Of a DNA stretch of 61,817 nt, positions 47,216-56,141 are shown one piece after another (position 1 is the first letter of the stretch; the number at the start of each line of letters is the position of its first letter). Source of the stretch: a virus (Duplodnaviria; Caudoviricetes); the IMG/VR virus record IMGVR_UViG_3300046007_013304, positions 1-61,817 of that record; one strand, given 5' to 3'. The position numbers were made by a program, and so were the translations under genes. The notes beneath the pieces are model-generated. The model was given only the letters and a program-made list of their open reading frames with translations. It did no database searches and had not been told where the DNA came from.

Positions 47216-48712
47216 ATGGACTTTTCATCAGAAACTACAGCTTATGATAATCTAGTTGAAAAGTGGGAGCCAGTGCTCAGTCACGATGCTCTTCCACGCA
47301 TCAACGATTACGATAGAAAGAGAACCACCGCAGTCCTTCTTGAAAATCAAGAAAAGGCAATGCGTGAACAGTACCTCGCAGAATACGGCAACGAAATGGG
47401 TGGAGCATTCATGAACCCCCAAGTCGGCACCCCGAACACCGCTCTCGCTGGTTACAGCCCCGTGCTCATCAGCCTCGTTCGTCGTGCAATGCCTAACCTA
47501 CTTGCTTACGATATCGCTGGCGTGCAGCCAATGACTGCTCCCACCGGTCTTATCTTTGCAATGCGTTCACGCTACGGCACCCAAGACCAATTCAAGGCAA
47601 CCAACGAAGGTGGTTCACCAAACGATATCCAAAATCGTCAAAAGAACGAAGCACTCTTCCAGTCTGCATATTCACCGTTCTCAGGTCGTGGTGGTACATT
47701 TGGCGACACTACCAAGGGTGGAACCTTTGGTGCAGCAGTGTTTGAGAAAGATAACCTCAGCATCAACGCTGTTCGTGATCTACCTTGGGATGAAGGTGGA
47801 TTCGGTATCGGTAAATCAGGAACCAACAACTGGGAAGCTTTCCGTGGTATGTTGACTTCTGAAGCCGAACAACTCGGCGGATCAGGAAAGCCAGCTTTCC
47901 AAGAAATGTCAATCACCATCGAAAGACTTGCAGTCGAAGCTCGTAGCCGTGCTTTGAAGGCAGAATACACAACTGAGCTCGCTCAGGACCTCAAGGCTGT
48001 TCACGGTCTCGATGCCGAAACCGAACTTGCTAACATTCTTTCACAAGAAATTCTCCACGAAATCAATCGTGAAGTTCTCTACACCATCTACCGTGTAGCA
48101 AAGCAAGGTGGCAACCAAGGCGACCTCAAGACCTCCGGTACTTACGATCTCGTCTTCGACTCAGACGGTCGTTGGTCAGCCGAACGCTTCCGTGGCCTCA
48201 TGTTCCAACTCGAAAGAGAAGCAAATGTGATCGCCAAGGAAACTCGTCGCGGTAAGGGTAACTTCGTTGTTTGCTCAAGCGATGTTGCTTCAGCCCTCGC
48301 AATGGGTGGCTACCTCAACATCAGCCCGGCACTCAATGTGAACCTCGAAGTCGATGACACCGGCAATATCTTTGCTGGCGTTCTCAACAACAAGTTCCGC
48401 GTCTTCATCGATCCCTATGCACCAACCGGCGTTAACTTCGCTCTCGTTGGCTACAAGGGTCAAGTGGCTTACGATGCAGGTATCTTCTACTGCCCGTATG
48501 TTCCTCTACAGATGTTCCGCTCAGTCGGTCAAGACACCTTCCAACCGAAGATTGGCTTCAAGACCCGCTACGGCATGGTCTCCAATCCGTTTGCTGAAGA
48601 TACCGCAACCACCAGTGTTGGTACTACTGCCAAGGGCAACCAATACTACCGTCTCTTGAAGATTGATAATCTTCACGGTATGGGTATCACTGGTGGTCTC
48701 CAGATCTCATGA
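47216..48712 (+). CDS. gp23: major capsid protein gp23
   Basis: LVRRAMPNL.AYD..GVQPM..PTGLIFAMR, ELAQDLKAVHGLDAE, FYCPYVPL. Confidence 0.98.
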   Translation: MDFSSETTAYDNLVEKWEPVLSHDALPRINDYDRKRTTAVLLENQEKAMREQYLAEYGNEMGGAFMNPQVGTPNTALAGYSPVLISLVRRAMPNLLAYDIAGVQPMTAPTGLIFAMRSRYGTQDQFKATNEGGSPNDIQNRQKNEALFQSAYSPFSGRGGTFGDTTKGGTFGAAVFEKDNLSINAVRDLPWDEGGFGIGKSGTNNWEAFRGMLTSEAEQLGGSGKPAFQEMSITIERLAVEARSRALKAEYTTELAQDLKAVHGLDAETELANILSQEILHEINREVLYTIYRVAKQGGNQGDLKTSGTYDLVFDSDGRWSAERFRGLMFQLEREANVIAKETRRGKGNFVVCSSDVASALAMGGYLNISPALNVNLEVDDTGNIFAGVLNNKFRVFIDPYAPTGVNFALVGYKGQVAYDAGIFYCPYVPLQMFRSVGQDTFQPKIGFKTRYGMVSNPFAEDTATTSVGTTAKGNQYYRLLKIDNLHGMGITGGLQIS

Positions 48713-48735
48713 TAAGTGAGTAATCGATGACTAAG

Positions 48736-48762
48736 AAGGGGGGCAGAAATGCCCCCCTTTTT
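48736..48762 (+). terminator. intrinsic terminator after gp23
   Basis: AAGGGGGGCA-GAAA-TGCCCCCCTT-TTT. Confidence 0.9.
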
Positions 48763-48782
48763 CATTGGTCATACATACTTAC

Positions 48783-49334
48783 ATGTCTAGTTGTAACTCG
48801 AATACAATTCTAACTGGTCCAGAAAATACCAATTATCTGGCTACCAATTACTTCAAATTTTTATTGAAAAGAATTCCAAATTTTGAGTTTTTTGTGCAAT
48901 CTGCAAATTTGCCGATGATGAGCACAAGAGCAATAAATCAACCGACAACTCTCGGAACATTTCCCAAGATACCAGCTACAAACTTTTACTTTGATGATTT
49001 GATGGTGAATTTCATGGTCAACAACGACATGAAAAACTGGATAGAAATTTATGACTGGATGAAAGGTATAGGAAATTTAAAGACAGATTATAATAATTTA
49101 CCTTATGATCCAGCAGATCCTAATGGCGTATTTTCCACCGCTACCCTTATTGTGACAAATAGCCAATACGCCCCACTCATGCAAGCGGTATTTTACTATG
49201 TTTTTCCTCGTTCTTTGGGTGGTATCAATTTTACATCTCAAAACACCAGCACTGATCCCGTGTCCTGTACAGTGAATTTTTCTTATTCTTATTATGAAGT
49301 GTTCCCCATAGGAGGGGAAGGCTACACCAACTGA
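48783..49334 (+). CDS. gp3: tail completion protein gp3
   Basis: NYLATNYFKF, FFVQSANLP, NWIEIYDWM, FPRSLGGINF. Confidence 0.88.
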   Translation: MSSCNSNTILTGPENTNYLATNYFKFLLKRIPNFEFFVQSANLPMMSTRAINQPTTLGTFPKIPATNFYFDDLMVNFMVNNDMKNWIEIYDWMKGIGNLKTDYNNLPYDPADPNGVFSTATLIVTNSQYAPLMQAVFYYVFPRSLGGINFTSQNTSTDPVSCTVNFSYSYYEVFPIGGEGYTN

Positions 49335-49346
49335 TTGGAGTATATC

Positions 49347-49775
49347 ATGGAATTGGATTTCAAGACGATCGAGGCTGACCTTAAGCTCGATGAGACTCGC
49401 TTGGATGAGGAGTCGCTTCGTACACCGCAGTTACACAACAAGTACCTGATGCTACTGCTTCGTCTGAAGAACCGCAAGGACAGGCTTGAGCGTGATCTAA
49501 AGGCATTGCAAAAGGACAAATGGCTCTACTATACCGGTAAGATGTCTGAAGAGGAACACAAACGACTCGGATGGGAGCCATTTGAATTGAATGTGTTAAG
49601 AACTGATGTGGATCGCATTATGGATGCCGACAGAGACATTCTGGAGATAGAGGGTAAATATAGAGAACTTTGCCATGTCGTAAACTATATTGAGGATGTT
49701 GTGAAAGTCATATCTAACCGTCAATGGTCCATTCGTGCAGCAATAGACTGGCAAAAGTTCACAAACGGTCAATAA
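49347..49775 (+). CDS. uvsY: recombination mediator UvsY
   Basis: ESLRTPQLHNKY, WLYYTGK, NRQWSIRAAIDWQKF. Confidence 0.9.
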   Translation: MELDFKTIEADLKLDETRLDEESLRTPQLHNKYLMLLLRLKNRKDRLERDLKALQKDKWLYYTGKMSEEEHKRLGWEPFELNVLRTDVDRIMDADRDILEIEGKYRELCHVVNYIEDVVKVISNRQWSIRAAIDWQKFTNGQ

Positions 49776-49783
49776 ATACTAAT

Positions 49784-51313
49784 ATGGAACATGTGAGTAT
49801 AGAGGCGGTAGATTCCGTCTTCATTCGTATCAATGCCGAAAAATCGGTCATCAAGGAGATGAGCCAATTTTTTAGTTTTGAAGTGCCTAACCATAAATAT
49901 ATGCCCGCCTACAAAAATAGGGTGTGGAATGGTAGGATAAATCTTCTCAATACTCATAAAAATGTAATTTATCGTGGTCTTCTTGATTATGTAATAAAAT
50001 TTTGCAAAGATCGAAACTATTCATGCTCCCTGTTCGAAGAGTCGGAAACAATCCCACAAAGAGACCACATATGCAAGTTTTTAGAAGAATTCGTGCAGCC
50101 ACATATAAGAGACGAAAAAGCAAACATCCACGACTACCAAATGGATGCTATTTTTCACGGCATAAAAAGAAAAAGATGTCTGTTGCTCTCTCCGACTGGC
50201 TCGGGGAAAAGCATGATAATATATTGTTTAATGAGATATTATTTGGAGACATTGCCAAAAGACAAGAAAATCTTGATCATTGTTCCGACGACTGGATTGG
50301 TCCAGCAAATGATTTCAGACTTCGCAGAATACTCGAAGAATACCAAATGGAAAGCAGACAGGAATTGTCACGGCATTCATGCAGGCAAGAGCAAACAAAC
50401 CGCAAAAAGAGTGGTGATATCTACTTGGCAAAGCATCTTTCGAGAACACAAAGACTGGTTCGATCAGTTCTCCGCCGTCTTTGGAGACGAATGTCATCAA
50501 TATCGAAGCCAGTCATTGGTCGCATTGATGACGAAATTAAAAGATTGTCCCTATAGGATAGGAACCACCGGAACGCTAGATAGCGTTTATGTTCATAAAT
50601 TAATTATCGAAGGGCTCTTCGGTCCAGTCTATAAGGTAACTAGCACCAAAGATCTCATCGATAAAAACATCTTGTCTGAACTTAAGGTCGAGTGTCTTTC
50701 GATCAACCATTCCGACACAGATCGTGCTGCCCTCAAGAGGCGAACCTACCAGGAAGAAATTGAATGGATTGTCACGGACGAGAGAAGAAACAAGTTCATC
50801 GTGCAACTTGCCGAGAAACTGAAGGGGAATACACTCATTCTGTTCAATTATGTCGAAAAACAAGGCAAACCCCTTTTCAAGATGCTCGAAGGATCAAGTA
50901 AGAATATTTATTTCATTTACGGAAAGACAGAAACGGAGATGCGCGAGCAAATTCGAAAAATTGTTGACAAAGATGATAATTCCATAATGGTTGCGAGTTA
51001 TGGCACGACAAGCACAGGCATTAATATTCGAAACATTCACAACATTATCTTTGCCTCCCCATCCAAATCTGTTATTCGAGTTCTTCAATCTATAGGTAGA
51101 GGACTTCGAAAAAGCGAAACAAAACAAAATGTTGTGATTTATGATATTTCAGATGATCTTCGTTACAAAAAATATGACAACCATACTTATCGTCATCTGC
51201 AGGAAAGGCTTCGGATATATAATAAAGAACGATTCGTGCATAATTTAATATCAATAAATCTCCGGAAGGATGAGAATGGAAAAGAAAATAAATTACAAAA
51301 TAATGAAACTTAG
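49784..51313 (+). CDS. uvsW: SF2 DNA helicase UvsW
   Basis: SPTGSGKS, DECH, QSIGRGLRK. Confidence 0.95.
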   Translation: MEHVSIEAVDSVFIRINAEKSVIKEMSQFFSFEVPNHKYMPAYKNRVWNGRINLLNTHKNVIYRGLLDYVIKFCKDRNYSCSLFEESETIPQRDHICKFLEEFVQPHIRDEKANIHDYQMDAIFHGIKRKRCLLLSPTGSGKSMIIYCLMRYYLETLPKDKKILIIVPTTGLVQQMISDFAEYSKNTKWKADRNCHGIHAGKSKQTAKRVVISTWQSIFREHKDWFDQFSAVFGDECHQYRSQSLVALMTKLKDCPYRIGTTGTLDSVYVHKLIIEGLFGPVYKVTSTKDLIDKNILSELKVECLSINHSDTDRAALKRRTYQEEIEWIVTDERRNKFIVQLAEKLKGNTLILFNYVEKQGKPLFKMLEGSSKNIYFIYGKTETEMREQIRKIVDKDDNSIMVASYGTTSTGINIRNIHNIIFASPSKSVIRVLQSIGRGLRKSETKQNVVIYDISDDLRYKKYDNHTYRHLQERLRIYNKERFVHNLISINLRKDENGKENKLQNNET

Positions 51314-52010
51314 AAGTGGTGAAGAAATAATAGCACGAATCACCAATTCGACAAAGGAAAAATTGACTGTTGAGAGGCCAATGTGCTTCAGGTCAATACT
51401 CACACAGGATTTATATGGAACTCCAAAAGAAATTTTAATCATGAAAAATTGGATACCATTAAGTGTCGAAAACAAGATTGATATTCCCCAAGATCACATT
51501 GTCTCTTTTTTAAATCCTAATTTGGATGCAATATCATTATATGAACTTGAAAAAGAAAAAGAAGACACAAAACAAAAAACATCACAATTAAAAAAAGAAA
51601 TAACCGAAGATGAAGAATTCAAGCAAATGATGAAATATCTTTCAAATAATACTCAAAAACTTGATGATATGATGAAAGAAATTGAATCTCAGGATAAAGA
51701 AGAAAAAAAGAATAAAAAACCAGATAACGATGACATGATATTTATGAACATGATGTTCCCCCCAGAAATGTTGGTTGATCTCATAGAATCTGAAATAATA
51801 GATCCAGAAATTTTTGGCGAGATGTACAAGGACATAAAAAAACACAGCAGAAGAAAAAAACCACTTCCTCCTAATGCAAAAAAACAACCAAAAAAAGGCC
51901 AGTCTGAAGGAAATTCTGCAAAATTTACAGGCGATCAAAAAGACCACAAAGATTATGGAAATCGCTGGACAGATTGGAATCCTGATTTATCTTCCGAGGA
52001 GTATCAGTGA
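51276..52010 (+). CDS. conserved T4-like protein with Sm-like N-terminus
   Basis: KLRSGEEIIA...P...W.P; usual position between uvsW and gp55. Confidence 0.7.
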   Translation: MEKKINYKIMKLRSGEEIIARITNSTKEKLTVERPMCFRSILTQDLYGTPKEILIMKNWIPLSVENKIDIPQDHIVSFLNPNLDAISLYELEKEKEDTKQKTSQLKKEITEDEEFKQMMKYLSNNTQKLDDMMKEIESQDKEEKKNKKPDNDDMIFMNMMFPPEMLVDLIESEIIDPEIFGEMYKDIKKHSRRKKPLPPNAKKQPKKGQSEGNSAKFTGDQKDHKDYGNRWTDWNPDLSSEEYQ

Positions 52011-52013
52011 GCC

Positions 52014-52688
52014 ATGAAATCTTTTCGTGACTACATTTCGGAGGATATATTTTTAAGATCAGCCAAAAAAAGAACTGATGTAAGTCCCGGTCAAAATTTT
52101 TCTCCTTTTTATGCCAAATATCACACAATTTTAGATTCAGACAGATTACAAAAACATTATGATCAAATAAAATCTTTTCGTCACAGGGGAATGCAATTTA
52201 AATTGCTTTCTACTAGAGATGAGGATCTAAAGGAAAGAATGTTTATTATTGCTCATGTCGGAGAAGATAATAAATTAAGAGACATTGGCAGGGTTGGCGT
52301 TTTGGTGGGAAATAAAAAAGAACTCATAAATGATAGAGTTCAGACTCAGCTTGGAAGAAAACCAGAAGCTATAAGCCTGGAACCAGAGCTTCATGAAGAT
52401 TTTACAGGTAAGGGATTGATGTCCAGAGTCTATAAAATGATTGCAAAACACCACAAAGTTGATATTATATCAGACTTAGACCAGACCAAAGGGTCCAAAA
52501 AAATTTGGGATGAATTGGCTAAGACAGGCAGAGTAAGAGGTGTTCACACCAGAGGTGAAAGAGAACCTTTCTCTTATGATCCAAAAAATGAAGATCATGT
52601 CAACACAATCTATACTGATTTCAACCCAAGAGACAAGGAAATGCCGACCAGCAGAGGAAACAGTTATCTACTTCATTATACTCACTGA
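52014..52688 (+). CDS. GNAT-fold acetyltransferase-like protein with capsid-targeting sequence
   Basis: MKSFRDYISE; LHEDFTGKGLMSRVY; SDLDQTKGSKKIWDEL. Confidence 0.7.
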   Translation: MKSFRDYISEDIFLRSAKKRTDVSPGQNFSPFYAKYHTILDSDRLQKHYDQIKSFRHRGMQFKLLSTRDEDLKERMFIIAHVGEDNKLRDIGRVGVLVGNKKELINDRVQTQLGRKPEAISLEPELHEDFTGKGLMSRVYKMIAKHHKVDIISDLDQTKGSKKIWDELAKTGRVRGVHTRGEREPFSYDPKNEDHVNTIYTDFNPRDKEMPTSRGNSYLLHYTH

Positions 52689-52689
52689 T

Positions 52690-52729
52690 CTCAAAAGAAC
52701 ACTTAACCCAATGGTGCTTGAATCAGGAC
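52690..52729 (-). ncRNA. candidate small RNA, copy B
   Basis: Begins GTCCTGATTCAAG 6 nt after the -10 box; weak hairpin followed by CTTTT. Confidence 0.45.
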
Positions 52730-52735
52730 AAGGTA

Positions 52736-52764
52736 ATTATAAAAGACCTCAAAAAACTTGTCAA
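52736..52764 (-). promoter_or_regulatory. consensus sigma70 promoter with no CDS behind it
   Basis: TTGACA-17 nt-TATAAT on the - strand. Confidence 0.8.
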
Positions 52765-52797
52765 GAACAAAGTTGAAGAAAAAACAAGATAGTCCTC

Positions 52798-52826
52798 TTG
52801 CTTTTATTCATTGTTTGTGATATAAT
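52798..52826 (+). promoter_or_regulatory. sigma70 promoter for gp55, leaderless
   Basis: TTGCTT-17 nt-TATAAT with extended TG; ATG 6 nt downstream. Confidence 0.8.
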
Positions 52827-52832
52827 GGTGAC

Positions 52833-53363
52833 ATGCCAAAGAAAACAAACCATTACATAGACAACAAAGAATTCTTCAAACAAATGGTGGCGTGGAAGAA
52901 GACAGTTGATGCCGCAGAAGATAGCGGCGATCCACGACCACCTGTGACTAATTATATTGGAACTTGTATACTCAATATAGCAGAGCATCTTTCTCAAAAA
53001 CCCAACTTTGCAAATTATCCCTACAGGGAAGAGATGGTGGGAGATGGAATAGAAAACTGCTTGATGTATGCTCACAACTTCAATCCAAGAAAATCAAAGA
53101 ATCCATTTTCTTATTTCACGCAAATCATATACTTTGCCTTTTTAAGACGAATAGAAAAAGAAAAGAAGCAGGCATATGTGAAATTGAAAGCCACAGAGAT
53201 GATGGATGATGGAACAATGCATCGTTGGTTTCGGGAAAATTATCTTGAAAATGACAGAAAAGATTCCGAAAATCCTCTTCTGGATGTGTTCCAATTGAAC
53301 GAATTGGACATGAAGAGATTGTCGGGTGAAAAGAAAAAGAAGAAAAAGAAGAAAAAAAAATGA
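52833..53363 (+). CDS. gp55: late transcription sigma factor gp55
   Basis: HYIDNKEF, PNFANY.YREEM.GDGIENC, NPFSYFTQIIYFAFLRRI. Confidence 0.96.
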   Translation: MPKKTNHYIDNKEFFKQMVAWKKTVDAAEDSGDPRPPVTNYIGTCILNIAEHLSQKPNFANYPYREEMVGDGIENCLMYAHNFNPRKSKNPFSYFTQIIYFAFLRRIEKEKKQAYVKLKATEMMDDGTMHRWFRENYLENDRKDSENPLLDVFQLNELDMKRLSGEKKKKKKKKKK

Positions 53364-54412
53364 AACTTGGGATCATAACCGACACCCACATAGGAATAAG
53401 AAACGACTCCCCGATATTTTTTGAGAATTCAATCTCTTTTTTCAGGGATGTGTTTTTTCCATATTGCAAACAACATGACATCACCAAGGTTCTGCATCTT
53501 GGTGATTTTTTTGATCGCCGTAAGTACATAAACATCAACATACTTTCTGAAACTCGTAAAAAGATCCTTGCTCCAATGAAAGAGCAGGGGATTTACATGG
53601 ATCTCATTCTTGGGAACCATGATTGTTATTTTAAGAACACAAATGCGGTGAATGCTCCCCGGGAAATGTTCGCATGTTTTGATAACATCAATGTCATCGA
53701 AAAACCGGTGATCAATGATTACGATGGGTATTGTATCGGAATGATGCCTTGGATCACCAAGGAAAATGTGGAAGAATCCAAGAAGTTCATCAAGGAAGCA
53801 GCATGCAGAACCCTTGCCGGTCACTTTGAAATAGATGGAAGAGAAGTCCTTCGAGGCATTCGCCATGAGGGAGGTATGCCTTCTACCTTGTTCAAGAAAT
53901 ACGACATGGTAATGTCTGGGCATTTCCACATTCGAAGTTACGAAGATAACATCTCTTATTTTGGGACCCCATACCAATTGTACATGAGTGATCTAAACGA
54001 ACAAAAGGGATTTCATGTGTTGGATACAGCAAGCGGCGAAATAGAATTCGTGGAAAATCCCAGACAAATGTTCAGGCAATATGTGTACGATGACAGCGGA
54101 AAAAATAAAGACACGATTCTCTCCGCCGATTATTCTGAGGCAAAGAATTGTTATGTAAAGATATTCGTAAAACAGAAAAAACATTCATCCGTTCTTGAAC
54201 AGATGATGGAAAAATTGTATAATAGCGGTGCGTACAACATAACCATTGCTGAAGATGCATATGAAGACGAACAAGTTGCAACAGAGGTTGACTTGTCACA
54301 AGATACATTCAGTCTCATTAGCACTGAAATTGATGGAATGGAATTGACTCAGGACAAGATAAAATTGAAGTCTTTGATAAAAGACATATTCATCGAAAGC
54401 CAGCACAGATGA
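53360..54412 (+). CDS. gp47: recombination nuclease gp47 (Mre11/SbcD-like)
   Basis: DTH, GDFFDRR, GNHD, GHF, SGHFH. Confidence 0.95.
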   Translation: MKLGIITDTHIGIRNDSPIFFENSISFFRDVFFPYCKQHDITKVLHLGDFFDRRKYININILSETRKKILAPMKEQGIYMDLILGNHDCYFKNTNAVNAPREMFACFDNINVIEKPVINDYDGYCIGMMPWITKENVEESKKFIKEAACRTLAGHFEIDGREVLRGIRHEGGMPSTLFKKYDMVMSGHFHIRSYEDNISYFGTPYQLYMSDLNEQKGFHVLDTASGEIEFVENPRQMFRQYVYDDSGKNKDTILSADYSEAKNCYVKIFVKQKKHSSVLEQMMEKLYNSGAYNITIAEDAYEDEQVATEVDLSQDTFSLISTEIDGMELTQDKIKLKSLIKDIFIESQHR

Positions 54413-56124
54413 TATTATTCAAAAAAGTCCGTTTTAAAAACTTTGGATCTTTTGGTAACACATTTACAGAAATTCAACTAGACAATAAAAACACAACTTT
54501 AGTTTGTGGGACAAACGGAAACGGCAAGTCTTTTGCCCTACTGGACAGCATTACTTTTGCCTTGTTCGGAAAACCATTCCGCAATATTAACATTCCACAG
54601 TTGACAAATACTGTGAATAAAAAAGACTGTCTTGTTGAACTTGAACTTGAAGTGAACAAGATTCCTTATCTTATTCGCAGGGGATTAGTTCCAAAAATAT
54701 TTGAAATATACGAAAATGGAACACTGATCAATCAATCATCCAAGACCAAGGATTATCAGGAACATCTGGAGAATAATATTCTTCACATGACTTATAAATC
54801 ATTCACCCAAGTGGTGATTCTGGGTAAAGCGTCTTTTATTCCATTTATGCAATTGACCGCTGCCGACAGGCGTGCTGTCATTGAGAATATTCTGGATATC
54901 GGTGTGTTCTCCGAGATGAATGTGGTACTGAAGGAAAAGATCTCTCAGATGAAGACTCGTCATCAGACTCTGGAGAGCAAGATTGAAGTCCTCAAGGAAA
55001 AGGAAAGACTGCTTGTCAATTATATAAACAACATCAAAAAGAAGAATGAAGAGGATATGCAGGGAGTCGAAGACAGGATCAAGGAGGTTCATGTCCTTCT
55101 CAGAGGTGTATATGACGACAGGGAAAAACTTAAGAAAGAACTGGACGATCTGAAAACCCAATCCAAAGACACTGGGATAATACAAAAATCACTGAATAAA
55201 TTGCATGGGATTGAAGGACAAATTTCCGAGAATGTCACGCGATTGTCAGACCAGATCAGATTTTTTAACGACACGCAAGTGTGCAATGTTTGTTCTCAGG
55301 ACATCTCTGACAAAACAAAACATACTTGCATTTCAAATAACACCAAAAAAATCGAAGAACTCAAGGAAGGTATGGAAAAGCTGAAAGAGAACATTCAGAA
55401 CCATACCAATGATCTTGAGGCAGCAAAAGAAATTGAAAACAAAATTCGATCCATTGAATTGAAGATTGCGACTCTGGATTCTAGATATGATGGAATTCGA
55501 AAGGAACAAGATGAGCTGTACAAAAAAGTCAATGACCCACTGAAGGATGACTCTGAGGAAGAGAGGCAGAATTTGGAGAAGGTTATTGCTGAAAAGACGA
55601 AACTTACAAACGAAATTAAACGAATTATCGATGACGGACAATATTATGAAGTTATCGGAGGGTTGCTCAAGGATTCAGGAATAAAGGCAAAGATAATCAA
55701 ACATTACTTGCCGATCATCAACAAACTGATCAATAAGTACCTGTCGGCGATGGATTTCTTTGTTAAATTCAATCTGGACGAGGAATTCAAGGAATCAATC
55801 AAAAGCCGACATCGAGATGATTTTTCATATGAAAGTTTCAGTGAGGGAGAAAAGATGAGAATAGATCTCAGTCTACTTCTTTGCTGGAGGGAAATTGCCC
55901 GTATGAAGAATAGCGTTTCTTGTAATCTTTTGATTTTGGATGAGGTATTTGATTCTTCTCTCGATGCAGGGGGAACTGAAGAATTCATGAAACTCCTGAA
56001 AGCAATGGGGACAAATTCCAATATATTTGTCATCAGTCACAAAACAGACCAATTAATCGATAAATTTACTAACATTTTAACATTTGAAAAGAAAAATAAT
56101 TTCAGTAAAATGGTTGTAAACTGA
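54409..56124 (+). CDS. gp46: recombination ATPase gp46 (Rad50/SbcC-like)
   Basis: GTNGNGKS, zinc hook CNVC, FSEGEK, LILDEVFD, ISH. Confidence 0.95.
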   Translation: MILFKKVRFKNFGSFGNTFTEIQLDNKNTTLVCGTNGNGKSFALLDSITFALFGKPFRNINIPQLTNTVNKKDCLVELELEVNKIPYLIRRGLVPKIFEIYENGTLINQSSKTKDYQEHLENNILHMTYKSFTQVVILGKASFIPFMQLTAADRRAVIENILDIGVFSEMNVVLKEKISQMKTRHQTLESKIEVLKEKERLLVNYINNIKKKNEEDMQGVEDRIKEVHVLLRGVYDDREKLKKELDDLKTQSKDTGIIQKSLNKLHGIEGQISENVTRLSDQIRFFNDTQVCNVCSQDISDKTKHTCISNNTKKIEELKEGMEKLKENIQNHTNDLEAAKEIENKIRSIELKIATLDSRYDGIRKEQDELYKKVNDPLKDDSEEERQNLEKVIAEKTKLTNEIKRIIDDGQYYEVIGGLLKDSGIKAKIIKHYLPIINKLINKYLSAMDFFVKFNLDEEFKESIKSRHRDDFSYESFSEGEKMRIDLSLLLCWREIARMKNSVSCNLLILDEVFDSSLDAGGTEEFMKLLKAMGTNSNIFVISHKTDQLIDKFTNILTFEKKNNFSKMVVN

Positions 56125-56141
56125 TCAAATAAATACTGAAT

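Noticed and set aside
38802-56124. Inteins or introns in gp17, gp20, gp23, uvsW or gp46
   Set aside because: Lengths are normal and motifs contiguous.
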